Source: the human T2T-CHM13v2.0 reference genome, Homo sapiens. From it: a stretch of 64,000 nucleotides of DNA. Below are positions 13,081-27,993 of the stretch, piece after piece. The DNA lies in NCBI RefSeq assembly GCF_009914755.1, contig NC_060928.1. One strand, 5' to 3'. The position numbers and the translations under genes are program-made. Below the pieces are notes generated by a model. The model was given only the letters and a program-made list of their open reading frames with translations. It did not search any database and was not told where the DNA came from. The number at the start of each line of letters is the position of its first letter. Position 1 is the first letter of the stretch.

Positions 13081-14039
13081 GAATGTCTGGTATTTTGAGC
13101 TTTTATGTAATACAAGGCGGGCTCTGCCCTTTCCCAAGCCTCACAATGTGGAGGCTTTCCCCAACTTTGGTTGGGGCCTGGGGCTGGGCAGCCAAAAATA
13201 AGGAAATATACATCATACTTGGCTAAAGTCTTACTTGGCAAACCAGTTATGCCTGTATTGCTATTTTAAAAGATCTAAAATGAGGAACAGAAGAATTTTT
13301 TTTCTTCGTGATTGCATTTTATGTTCTGCCACTCTTCAGATATTTGCCTTTCTTTAGATATTCTCTTTGAGGCAGTACTTCTAATTTTCAGACTCTGGAT
13401 CAAACACAGGGAAAATAGGTTTGTAAATGACACTTAGAACTATGCAGTCATTTTTCTAGTGAGAGAGTATTAGTGTAATTTATTTTTTGTGGGCAGGACA
13501 CATTTTGGAAAATGACAAACTTCTTTTGCTGCTGGGTTGTGGAGCTGATATAGTTCCTCTTTGTAGGTGGGCACTGTGATCAGGGTCACACACACCTCCC
13601 GCCACCAGACTGGTATGGTATGGTTGCTCTCTGGGTGGATTGGGGGCCTGCAGGAAAAATAGGTCCTCTGCCATTAGAGATGATAAAATGTAATTTTTAC
13701 CTTTTTTTCAAAATCAACAGTTTATTGAGGTAAAATTTACATATAAGTGTACTCATTTAAAATGTGCAGTCTAATGAGTTTTGACACATATATAAACTTG
13801 GAAAACCACAGTCATAATCAAGATACAGAATGTTTCCATCACCATACAGTTAGTTTCTTGTGTCCCTTTGCAATCAGTTCTTCCCTACATTACTTGTCTC
13901 CCAGGCAACCACTGATCTGTCATAACAAATTAGTTTTGTATGTTCTAGAATTCTGTACAACTGGAATCATAATAGTATGTATTCTTTTTGTGCCTGACTT
14001 TTTTTTTTAGCTCAACGTAAGTTTTTTTTTCTTTTTCTT

Positions 14040-14258
14040 TCTTTTTTTTTTTAGAGACAGGTCTCACTCTGACACCCATGCTGGAATGCAGTGGCAGAAT
14101 CATAGCTCACTGTAACCTTGAACTCTCAGGCTCAAGTAGTCCTCCCACCTCAACCTGCTGAGTAGCTAGGACTAACAGGCATGTACCACCACAGCAGGCT
14201 AATAAAAAAAATTATTTTTAGAGAGCATCTCGCTATGTTGCCCAGTTTGGTGTTAAAC
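14040..14258 (-). mobile_element. Partial AluJ
   Basis: gagacaggtctcactctg..catagctcactgtaaccttgaactc..ctcaagtagtcctcccacctca (J-type). Confidence 0.8.
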
Positions 14259-15189
14259 CCATGTTTCGAAATTAATCAAGAGTTGTTGCATGCATCAGTA
14301 GTTCATTCCTTTTGTATTGCTGAGGAATATTTCATTGTATGGATATACCACAATTTGTTTATTCATTAACCTAGTGATGGACTTTTTTTTTTTTTTTCTA
14401 GTTTTGGGTTCTTATAAGGAAAGCTGCTAGGAGTACATGTCTACAAGTAAGGACGTTTATTTTAATTTCTTTTTGGTGAATGTTTTTGTATAGAATGGCT
14501 AAGTCATATAGTCAAGTATATATTTACCTTTACAAGAAATTGCTAAACAGTTGTCCAAAGTGAAGTACTTTTTGCATTTCCTACATTCATGTATGCAAGT
14601 TCCAGTTGCCCTTCACTCACATTTGGTATTATAGTCATCTTTACTTGAGCCGTTATAGTGGTTATGTAGTGGCATCTTATTGTGGTTTTAATTTGCATTT
14701 CCTTGATGACTAATGATGTTGAGCATCTTTTAATGTACTTACTCGCCATTCCTGTACTTTCATTTGTGAAGTGTTCTGTTACGTTTTGGCCATTTTTCAT
14801 TTGTGTTTTCTTGCTATTGAATTGCAAGAGTTATTTATATGTCTTTGCTGTCAGTCATTTGTCACATATAGATATTGTAACTGATTTTCTCCTAGTCTGT
14901 GGTTCACCTTTTTGTTTTTTTTTTGATGGTGTCTTTTGAAAAGAGGTTTTTAATTTTAATGAGGTCCAGATTATCAGTATTTTTCTTTTCTTGTTTTTGC
15001 TTTTTGTGTCTAAGAAATTTTGCTTACCCACGGTCATGACTCCGTACTATTCCACCCCAAGATAACCACTGTTCTGCCTATATCATCAACACTTACTGGT
15101 TTTCTTTTTGAATTGGATCATGTAATATGTACTCTTTGGTTCTGGTCTCATTTGCTGAACATTATGTCTGTGAAGTTTTTTCCATTTTT

Positions 15190-15619
<430 letters not shown>

Positions 15620-15983
15620 TAGGTAAAGCTGCTATGAATATTCTTGTACTTGCCTTTTAATGGACATGTGTATTTATATTTCTTGGGTATATTTCCTAGG
15701 AGTGGAATTGCTGGGTTATAGGATAGTCGTATGTTTAACTCAAATAGTACTGCCAAATAGTTTTCCAAAGTGATTTTTACCAACTTTTACTTGTACCAGC
15801 AATGTATAAGAGTCTAGTTGCTCTACATACTGGCTACTACTTGGTTTTGTCAGTCTTTCTAGTTTCCGCCTTCTAATGGGTGTATAATGGTATCTGGTGG
15901 TTTTAATCTGCATGACAAGTTGAGCTGAATGACTTTGTAGCTCCTTCCCAATGCTAAGGTTTTCTGTGTGTTTTACAAAGTGG

Positions 15984-16258
15984 AGCCGGGCGTGGTGGCT
16001 TTTGCCTGTAATCCCAGCACTTTGGGAGGCCGAGGCATGCAGATCATCTGAGGATGGGAGTTCAAGACCAACTTGACCAATATGGTGAAACCCCGTGGTG
16101 TTTCACCACATGGTGGCATGTGCCTGTAATCCCAGCTCCTCAGGAGGCTGAGGCAGGAGAATGGCTTGAACCTGGGAGGCGGAGATTTTAGTGAGCAAAG
16201 ATTGCACCACTGCATTCCAGCCTGGGCGACAGAGGAAGACCCGTCTCAAAAAAAAAAT
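15984..16258 (+). mobile_element. AluS with rearranged central linker
   Basis: Both arms present; linker replaced (see findings). Confidence 0.88.
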
Positions 16259-17429
16259 AAGTGGCAAGTGTTGTAGCATGTAAACACAGGTCCTTAAATA
16301 ACAGTAGGTGTTCTTGGGTTTTTGTGTAAATACAAAAGATATTTGTATAGCTAATTTTGCTGTATTAACCTTCCTCTCTTATATAGGGCATGCTTATAGC
16401 ACTGGTTCTACTTGGCTGCACATTAGAATCACCTGGTGAGCTTTTAAAACTACTTTAAATGCATAGTGGCCATTCATATGGGTCGTGACTTGTAGATGTG
16501 TATTCATAGCAGCTTTACTTACGAGAGCCCAAAACTAAAAAAAGTCCATCATTAGGTTAATGACTAAAGAAATTGATATATACATACAATGAAATATTCC
16601 TCAGCAATACAAAAGGAATGAACTACTGATGCATGCAACAACTCTTGATTAATTTCAAAAGATTAAAATTATGATCTCCGTGGAGAGGCAGAAAGCTCCC
16701 CTAGTAGTTCTGAGATGCAGAGGGTTGATAATCGTTGGCATGTACAAATGGAATATTCCATTGCTTCTCAAGGGGGCTTGCTGTACCCTTTAGGAATGAA
16801 GCACCAACTATAAAATCTTTATTAGATATGTGTCATGTTAATTTATCCCCAACTTTGACCCATTGACAGGATTCAAGAAGCTAGTTCCCAGCCTTCACTT
16901 TTTTGGTTGTACAATATACTAGCTCTCTAGGTAAGTTCTATGCTCATATTTTTAATTTTGCATTACTCTTCATGTTACAATGCTAATTCTGCTTTTAAAG
17001 TACATTCTACATACAACTCAAGAAAATCACCTATTACAAATGCACTCTTTCTGTTAGCACTGGAGCAGTAGTCATGGTCATGTAAGAGTATTTGCTCAGC
17101 TTTGATCTTCTCCTTTAACATGATTGTGGATTTAGAATGTACTTGAACTTAACAAGGAACAACACTAAAAAAGGCACATGATTTGATTGTTGCTTTGTAA
17201 AATAAAAAAATGAATAAAATGTTCAGTTTTTTGTTTATGAATATAATAGTGAATCTCACCTTCTGTTGGTATGCAGGTTTGGTACATGACGATGCCTTTA
17301 GATCATCTCCAAAAAAGTAACATCATAATTGGAATGTGACATCCATATATATTGGATTTTTAAAGATTGTTTCCAAAGATTCAGCTGTACAGAGTGTGTG
17401 CCTAATACTTTTCTAACTTGGAAATAATT

Positions 17430-18352
<923 letters not shown>

Positions 18353-19390
18353 CTGGAGACATTGTTCTTTATTCAATGAATGCCTTCTGTGTGCCGGCTA
18401 CCTTTCATAAGTGCTTTGAATAAATCTTTACTTAATTTCCTCAAGTATTATCCGATATGTTTCTTAATATTATAGATGAGAAAAACAAGATTAAGTAATG
18501 AAGATCAGAAAGCAGCTGTTATATTGTACAGCTGGGATTTTAACCCAAGTCCAAAGCCCTTAGTCTTCTCATTATAGTGTGTGGTGTCTCTGAGGCTTTG
18601 GAATAAGTTTTATAGAAGAGAGATCATTTGAGCTGAGCCTTAAGTTATGGGCAGGATCTTACTAGATATTGAAGTTGGAAGAATATTTCGAGCATTGTGA
18701 ACAATTTCAGCAAATGTTCATAGATATCAAAGTACATTTCATGTTCCAGAAATGGTAAGTAGTAGATTCAGTAATAGAGGATATCTAGAAGAGTAAAGTT
18801 AAAAGAAGTGAAGCCCGAAAAGTTGATTGGAACCTATTGTGAAGGACCTTAAATAGCCTCAACCTTAGAACAAAAGAGATTGTTTTTATTCCTAAAGGAC
18901 ATAATTATGTCCCAAAGCATTTTGTATAATTATTTTGGTTGTCTAATTTGAATTTAAATTCAATTTCAATTTAAAGCATGAGTGAGGTATCATGTATATT
19001 TTTTGTCCAGGGAGATAACATGGAGCTTTTGGTTTGGGGCCTTATTCTGCCGATTTGTATGTTGGCTGTTAATTTTCAGTACTATAATTAATGGTAGTAA
19101 ATGATGTTCCCCCAAAATGGGTCATTCTTTGTAGGGAAGAAAATGAATAGATAATAGTTGCAATGTTTGCATATCTTTTGGCAAATGAGTATTCTTGTTA
19201 CCTACTTTACGGCATAAAGTAGTATTGGTTTATCATTGTCTTTCTGATTTTCAGAACATCGGTTTTTTATTTAAAGTCACAAACCCGGAACAATACATAG
19301 TTCCATTGCTGTAATTTTCTCTGCTGTATCTGCATCATGAACCATTTACTCCCCTTACCCCCAGAATCTTTTTTGCAGTATCTTCTGCCT

Positions 19391-19686
19391 TTTGTTGTTG
19401 TTGTTTTGAGATGAGGTCTTGCTGCGTCAGCCAGGCGGGAGTGCAGTGGCACGATCATGGCTCACGGCAACTGTGACCTCCCTGGGTTAAGCAATCCTTC
19501 CACCTCAGCCTCCTGAGTAGGTAGGACCACAGGCACATGCCACCAAGCCAGGCTAATTAAAAATAAAAGTACAGACAGGGTCTCCCTATGTTGCCCAGGC
19601 TGGTCTCAAACTCCTGGGCTCAGGCCATTCTCCCTCCTGGCCTCCCAAAGTGCTGGGATTGTAGGTGTGAGCCGCCCCGTCTGGCC
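19391..19686 (-). mobile_element. AluJ
   Basis: Antisense Alu with J features (cgatcatggctcac, aactcctgggctca). Confidence 0.88.
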
Positions 19687-19699
19687 TTCTCTTCCTTTT

Positions 19700-20238
19700 A
19701 ATGTTCCACACGATTCTTCTCTTGAGTTCTTTTGTCATTCTTAACAGTTAATGCCATCCACATCCCTAAAGTGATGATTTCCAGGTTTATGTTTTCAGCC
19801 TGGAGCTCTAGACTTGCATTTTGAAATTCCAAATGAACTGGTGGACTTGGATACCCCACAAACATTCTCAAATTCAGAATGTCTACACTAGACTCAATCT
19901 CTGGCCTTTCCAAGCCAAATAAACCTCTTGCTTTCCTTATTTTGGTGAGTGACATGTTTATCTTTCTAGTTGCCCAAGCCATAAATTGGAGGACAGTGAG
20001 AAGAGGTAGGTCATTCTAGATTCCTCCTTCTTTTTCATTTCCACAATCCAGTTACTCTGTAAGTCTCTTATTTCTGCTTCCTTAATATCTGTTGAATCCA
20101 CCTTTTTTCATTCCCACAACTTTGATTCCAGTTGTTATGATTTATTGACTATATTGTAAAATAGTCTTTCAAATAGCTTTTCTGTCTTCAGTCTGTGATG
20201 CTTTCCTTCAGTCTAGCCTCCCACCAGGCTGTTTAAAA
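19700..20238 (+). mobile_element. L2 fragment
   Basis: ..cacaaacattctcaaattcagaatgtc..ttgcccaagccataaattgga..gattcctccttc..ccacaatccagtt. Confidence 0.6.
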
Positions 20239-20240
20239 TA

Positions 20241-20554
20241 CTGTCAGCCCTCCCTGTCCATGAGTTCTAATCCATGGATTCAGCCAACCTTGGATTGAAA
20301 ATATTTGAGGGGGAAAAACAATAAAAAATAATACAGTGTAACAGTTACTTATATAGCATTTGCATTGAATTAGGTATTACAGATAATCTAGTGATGATTT
20401 AAAGTGTACAGGAGGATATGCATAGGTTATATCCAAATACTACATCATTTTATATAAGGGCCCTGAGCATCGGTAGAATTTTGTATCCATGGGATGGGGA
20501 GTGTGGGCTGGGGGGTCCTGGAACCAGTCCCCCACAGATACCAAGGGATGACTG
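20241..20554 (-). mobile_element. MER2/Tigger3a-type TcMar-Tigger element
   Basis: Terminal inverted repeats, TA flanks, ..ggtcctggaaccagtcccccacagataccaagggatgactg. Confidence 0.8.
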
Positions 20555-21296
20555 TAAATTGATCAGACTCCTCTTGCTTTCTTATTCCTTTCAGTTTTTT
20601 GTTTGTTTTTATGCTTCTCTACTCTGCGTTTTTCCTCTCCTCCTCTTTTCCTGCCTTTTCATTTATTATTTGATAATCTGAATATTTTTAATGTTGATTA
20701 TTGGAATATTTTTATTTGAATTCCATTTTTATTTTTCTGATTACTTTTTAGCTGTACTTCTTTGCATTATACTTTTAGTGGTTGCCATAGGAGTACAGTA
20801 TATATCCTGAAATTTTGTAGTCCACTTACAAGTAATAATGCACTGCTTCACTTGAAATACAGAAATCTTACAACCTTTTAGGTCCATATTTTCCTTACCT
20901 TTCCCCTGTTTTTTGATAATAATTGTTATTATAGATATTATATCTTGATACATATTAAGCCCCAGAAGATAATCTTATAACATTTTCTTCAAGCAATTAT
21001 GTGGATTATAAATAAATTAAGAGGAAAAGGCAAAAGGGAAAAAATAGGGTTATTTTTTGTATTTACCAAGTTATTTACCGTTTCACTTCCTCCTCCTTCT
21101 TTTCTGAAAATCCACCTTTCTCTCTGATTTCATTTCCCTTCAGCCTGAAGAACTTCCTTTAATATTTCTTGTAATGCAAGTCAAGTCTTTTGGTTTTGTC
21201 CAAAAATATCTATTTCTCCTTTATTCGATATAGAATTCTAGGTGGACAGTTTTTCTTTTGTTCTTCTTCTTCTGTCTTCTTTCTTCTTCTTCTTCT

Positions 21297-21587
21297 TTTT
21301 TTTTTTTTTGTTTCACTCTGTCACCCAGGCTGGAGTGCAGGGACATGATCATAGCTCACTGCAGCCTCGACCTCCCTGGGCTCAGGTGATCTTCCCACCT
21401 TAGCATCCCAAATAGCTGAGACCACAGGTGCGCACCACCATGCCTAGCTAATGTTTTTTGTATTTTTTGTAGAGACGGGGTTTTGTCGTATTGCCCAGGC
21501 TGGACTTGAACTCCTGGGCTCAAGCCATCCACCCATCTCAGCCTACCAAAGTGCTGGGATTATAGATATGAGCCACCACTCCTAGCC
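21297..21587 (-). mobile_element. AluJ
   Basis: Antisense dimer with J features, embedded in old L1M sequence (~20600-22170). Confidence 0.88.
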
Positions 21588-21620
21588 AGTTTCTGTCTTT
21601 CATCACTTTAAAAATGTTTC

Positions 21621-21897
<277 letters not shown>

Positions 21898-22401
21898 AGG
21901 TAAGATAAGGTAAGGTAAAGGTAAAAGAATAAGCAAAAGTAAGACTACAACTTTCCCCCTGGGTACCCTGGCCACTGCTGGATGCACAGCATGGATAGCA
22001 CTTAGCTCAAAGCTAAAAGCCTAGGAGACGGAAAGTTACTTGCATAGATCCCTGTTTCCATTCTGCAAGTGAGCACGACCTCCCCACCAGAGTTTCTGTT
22101 TACTTTCTGATACTTTCAGGGGATTTCTTTTTAAATTGTGTTCAGTTTTGTAGTTGCATTCTTGCAGGTGTGGGGAGGTTCAGTAGGGTCTTTGTCATCA
22201 GTCTCAGAAGCAGGAACCTGTGTTCTTTTTACCTGTCCTCAGAAGCCCCCTGTTATGTTTCTCCTTCTACCTTACATGCCATTCTTTATGAGTTTTTTCT
22301 GCTAGTGCCTCTTCATTTCCCTGTATCTCAGATTTTGGGATATCCCAGAGTGTAGTTTTTAGATTCTTCTGCTTCTTTTTTTTTAATCTCTACAGACTTT
22401 C

Positions 22402-22572
22402 TAGGGCAGGAGTCAGGCCAAATCCATGCTCATTCATTTGCATACTGTCAGTGGCTGCTTTGGGATTGCAACAGCAAAATTGAGTAGTTGCAACAGAGAC
22501 CTTATGGCCCACAGAGCTTTAGATATTTACTGTATGACCCTTCATAGAAAAAAGTTGTTGACTCCTGTTCTA
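22402..22572. mobile_element. MER58A (hAT-Charlie)
   Basis: ..ttgagtagttgcaacagagaccttatggcccaca..atatttact..cccttcatagaaaaaagttgttgactcctg. Confidence 0.75.
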
Positions 22573-22846
22573 GGTGATCTCACCCAGTCAGAGATTTAAG
22601 TGCATTTACACACTGATGTCTTCTAAATTTCTTATTCCCAGCTTCAAGCTTTTGTCTGGACCTCAGGCTCATAAATCCAGTAACCTACTTACCTTCTTCG
22701 CTTGCATATAATAGGCTTGTAAACTTTGATATGTCCTAAACTAAATTCTTGATATTTCCCTTACATTGTGCTCTTCCCCCAATCTTGTCCAATGGCAATT
22801 CCATCTTTCCAGCTATTCAGCCAAAACTCTTGAGAGTTATCCCTGA

Positions 22847-23237
<391 letters not shown>

Positions 23238-26200
23238 ATCTGACCACTTCTTTACATCCTCAGCTACTGTTCCCCTACTCCAAGCTACTATCATCTCTTG
23301 CCTAGACTATTCCAGTAGGCTCCTAATTGTTCTCCTTCTGCCTGTGCATGATTATTGTTTAATTCCAACACAGTAGCAAAACAACAGTACTTTAAAAACC
23401 TGAGTCAGATTGTTTTACCCCACTGTTCAAAACTCTCAGCTAGATTTTCATCTTACTCAGAATAAAATCCAGAGTTCTCGTGATAATTTTTGAAGTCACA
23501 CACGTTCTTGCCACTGGCCATCTCTCTGCCATTTCCTCCTTTTCTCCCCCTTGCTGTCTTCCCTCAAACCACCTGGCCTTCTTGCCATTCCTTGAAAAGC
23601 TGAGCATGATACCACCTCCTGATACTTGTACTTACTGTTCTCTCTGCCTGCAGTGTTGTAGCTGTCTTTATGACTTACTCCCTCACTTTATTCAGGTCTC
23701 ACAAAAATATACCTTTTCTGAGGTTTTCCCTGACCACCATATCTAAAACAGCACAAGTGTGAACACATATACACATACATGACCATGAACATTTATGACT
23801 ATATGACATGTATATTTGTTTGTTTTTCCCAACTAGAATGTAAGCTCTATGAGAGCAGGGGGCTTTGTCCGTTTTGTTCTTCACAAAACATCACAAAATA
23901 TACTGTATGTCTGAAATTGTACCTAGCACATTATAGAGTTTGATAAATTAGTTGGACTGATGAATGTGTGAGTGAGCAATCACCATTCTAGCCAAGTTGC
24001 TTTACTTGCAGTTTCTAGAATATATGACTCTTTTTCCACTCTCCTTCTTATTCCTCCTATTGAGGATCTTTCCTTTACTATATTCGTAATCTGTTATCGT
24101 ACAAGATTTAGCTTAAATGTTACCTCTGTTAAGTTTTTCATCTTATTGCTCACAACATTGTTTCCCTCTTCATGCTCACAACACTGATTATAATTTTTTA
24201 TCTGCCAAAAACACTTTAAGTTTCTAGAAGGCTGAAAACTGATTTATATTTCTGTTTTATCTCATGCACATTGCCCACAATAGTAGGTATATAGTAAATA
24301 CCTGTTGAATCACCAGCTGTTTTTAGGAGGAATGAAGTAGAACATAATAGCGTAATTTGAAAAGGTAGTGATTATTTAGAGAGCTGGATCTTAGTCTTCC
24401 TAATTAGAGTCCAAATACTAGTGTGTGTATATCTCTTATTTGCAAGGAACAGAAACTTAACTCCAGTAGCCACAAATAATCTAGATGTAGTGTGAGAATG
24501 CAGTGACAGGAAGGAAAATAGGTATTTCAAAAATGCCAAGACCATTAAATGGAGACAGGATAGTCTCTTTAACAAATCATGCTGGAAAAACTGGATATCC
24601 ACATGCAAAAGAATGATGTTGGACTCTTACCTCACACCATATACAAAAATTAACTCAGAATGAATCAAAGACCTAAATGTAGACCTAAGACTATAAAAGT
24701 CTTAGGAGAAAACAGGAAATGTTTTCTGACATCTGATTTGGCAAGGATTTCCTGGTTATGAAACCAAAGCACAAGCAACAAAAGTAAAAATAGACAAATT
24801 GGACTAGAAAATGAAAAACTTCTGTGCATCAAAGAACACAACAGAGTGAAAAGGCAACCTATAGAATGGGAGAAAATATTTGCAAGTTATGCATTTGATA
24901 AGAAGTAAATATCCAGAATATATAAAGGACTTGTATAACTCAACAACAACAAAAACCCCCTAACAACCCAATTTTAAAATGGGCAAAGGACTTGAATAGA
25001 TATTTCTACAAAGATGATATACATGTAGCCAACAAGCATATGAAAAGATACTCAATATCATTAACCATTAGGGTAATGCAAATCAAAACTACAATGAGAT
25101 ATCACTGTACACTTATTAGGATGGCAGCTATTAGAAAAAAACAGTAAATAACAAGTGTTGGTAAGATGCAGAGATTGGAATCCTTGTGCACTGATGGTGG
25201 AAATGTAAAATGATGCAGCTGCTATGGAAAACAGTATGGTGGTTTCCCAAAAAATTAAAAATAGTTCTTTTTTCCCCAAGATGGCAGACTGGAGACATTG
25301 TTAGCATGCCTGTCCCACTTGGAAAAACAAAATAGTGTGTAGAAATTCACACTGTGAACATTTTTCCAAGAAGCAACATAGGAACTTAACAGAAAAACGG
25401 AAACTACAGACCCTCTGAAAGAAGCAGCAGGCAGTAGCCTACACCATGAACCCGACAGAAAATGGTGTCTCCAGAGCTTGGGAAGGGGAGAGACAGCTGC
25501 CGTGACACACACTCCCACTGGGGAACCCAGTAATCCAGGCCATGAGGGGAAGGCTTTAACCCTGTCCAGCACTGGAGCTGATTTAGTGAGCAGTGGGGAA
25601 TATATGGGAAGGAGCCCCATCAGGATGGGCTTTGCATGCACGCCCAGACTCCAGCAGGGACGGAGGGAAGCCATTCCCTATCACAGGGGACCTCATGTCA
25701 GCTAACTCAGGCTGAGGTCACAGGTTGAGAGAAGCTCCCAACTGAGATTTGTGCTATAAACTTGAGTGAGGATGAACACCTTTGGCCAGAATTAAGGGAG
25801 GAACAGTAAGTGTGCTGTAGCCACAGGCACAGAAACTGGGCACTCCTGCTTCCACAGACTGGGAATGGTGTTTCTCGGAAACTGTGATTTCTGTGTCTCT
25901 GAATAGGTTGGTGGCCTGGGGGCAGTTTTGCCTTCCAAATGTAGGCTGCCTAGGACCTAGGTGGCTGCTGCTAGCAGAACACTATGGGTTGTGAGACCTG
26001 CCTTGCCAAGTGCATAGGAGCTGAGTGGGACTTAGTGCTGCCTGCAACCCCTCCTTCCCACGCAGATTCTTTTGTACAACAAAAGCATGTGCGCTTCTCC
26101 CTGGAACATTACCCCAGCAGCCAGGAAACTACCTTCTGAACACAAGGTGCTGCTGCTTGTGCTCGTACCTGGGGAGCCAGAGAAAGGACTTGCCTGACCC

Positions 26201-27614
26201 AGCCCCCACCCAGCTTTGCTCCTTCACTTGCCCTGGTCGTGTAACACAATGGGCAGGGGCCTTTGGGAACCCCATGGCCCTGCCCATTACCTGAGGCAGC
26301 AGAGTACCTCCCCTGGGTAACATAAGGCAAACACAAATTCCACCACTACCACTGTAGCTGGTGCAGTTGCAAGTGCTACCTCCTGGCTGATGGACAGCTG
26401 GCACAGCCCCGTTACAGCATCTGCAGGCACAATAACACAGCACTCAGGAAAGAGAAAACTGTGGCATGACCTCAACTATTGCCATCGCCTGCATCACCCT
26501 GGCTAACTAGAAGGCCTTCAGTCTGTTCATGTACCCAGTACATTACTGCTATGCTGGCATTTCAGAAAGGCGACACACTAAGGCTCTTTACAAGGAAATC
26601 TCCATCTACGTCACTTCCCTCCCACCCCCATCGGAGCTGCTGCTGGTACCTGCTGCTGGGAGACTAGAGGACAGGTTACGTCACTGAATCTACTGCAGAC
26701 ATTCCCCAGCACCAGCCTGGAGTATGGCAGCTTCACTGGGCAGCTACACCCAGAGGAGCAGCAGGATTCACAGTATGGGCCCTCAGCGACTGCTACTCCT
26801 AGGGGAAGGGAGTGAGTGAGTGAGCCACATTAAGGGAGTACCCCGTGGGACAAAGGAAACTAGACTGCAGGCCTTGAATCCATGAATTTTCTACTTGGGG
26901 GAAGTTTCTTTCAGCAGAGGCACAAGTGCAGTTCTGGGCTTGGTAGACAAAGTGCAGCTCTACCTCAACAGTCAGGCAGCCCTGGTGCTCCTGAAGGGTC
27001 TTGGAGAAGGAGATTACTTCTCCCTCTTGCCCACCACTGCAAACATAGCTACAGCTTCTCCTAGGGAGCTCATTGCGGGTGCCTCTTTAGACAGCATTTC
27101 TGGAACATTTCAGGGTGACTACATCCACATAGGAGGAGTGCCTTCCAGATTCAGGTTTGCATGAGAGGTGGAGTCACAACTCTTCTGTATGTGTAACATC
27201 AGCATTCCTGCAGATGAAAAGAGGTGCCTGTCTGTGATCTGAATAGCTGGAACACTGGGTCAAGAGTGTGATTGGGAGGTAGACTGCTTTCCTGCTGGCT
27301 TGGAAGAAGAGCTGTGGTGGCCCCCCCACCCCCAAAGAAGACCTCAGTGCATTTCACCGAGAGCTTCCACAGCCACTTCTGTCAAGGCTGGGACCTCTGC
27401 CCACCATTGCAGTATTGCATTTACCCACCTGTCTTTGCTGCGGCCAGTTTTTACCCATGGGCACCTCCTACTGGCATAAACCCTGAACTGTTCAACCTGG
27501 TGAATAAAATACTGGGGAAAAAAATTTAGAAAGTGCACACTACTGGGGAACAATAAGCTTCATGAGACCTCTGCCATTCCAGCCCCATAGGAGACAGTGA
27601 ACCTTCTCACACAC

Positions 27615-27993
27615 TGTATTAGTTTGTTCTTACATTGCTAAAAAAACTATCTGAGACTGGGTAATTTATGAAGAAAAGAGGCTTAATTGGCTCATGGTTC
27701 CACAGCCTGTTCAGGAAGCATGGCTTGGGAGGCCTGAGGAAACTTACAGTCGTAGTGGAAGGTGAAGGGGAAGCAGGCACATCCTATATGGCTGGAGCAG
27801 GAGGAAGAGAATGAAGGGGGAAGTGCTACACACTTTGAAACAACCAGTTTTCATGAGAACTCACTATCGCAAGAACAGCAAGGGGGAAATCTGCCCCCAT
27901 GATCCAATCACCTCCCACCAGGCTCCTCTTCCAACATTGGGAATTACAGTTCAACATGAGATTTGGGCAGGGACACAAATCCAAACCATATCA
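27615..27993 (-). mobile_element. MSTA-type MaLR solo LTR within the L1PB 5'UTR
   Basis: TGTATTAG...CCATATCA termini; 5-bp TSD CACAC at 27610-27614 and 27994-27998. Confidence 0.88.
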
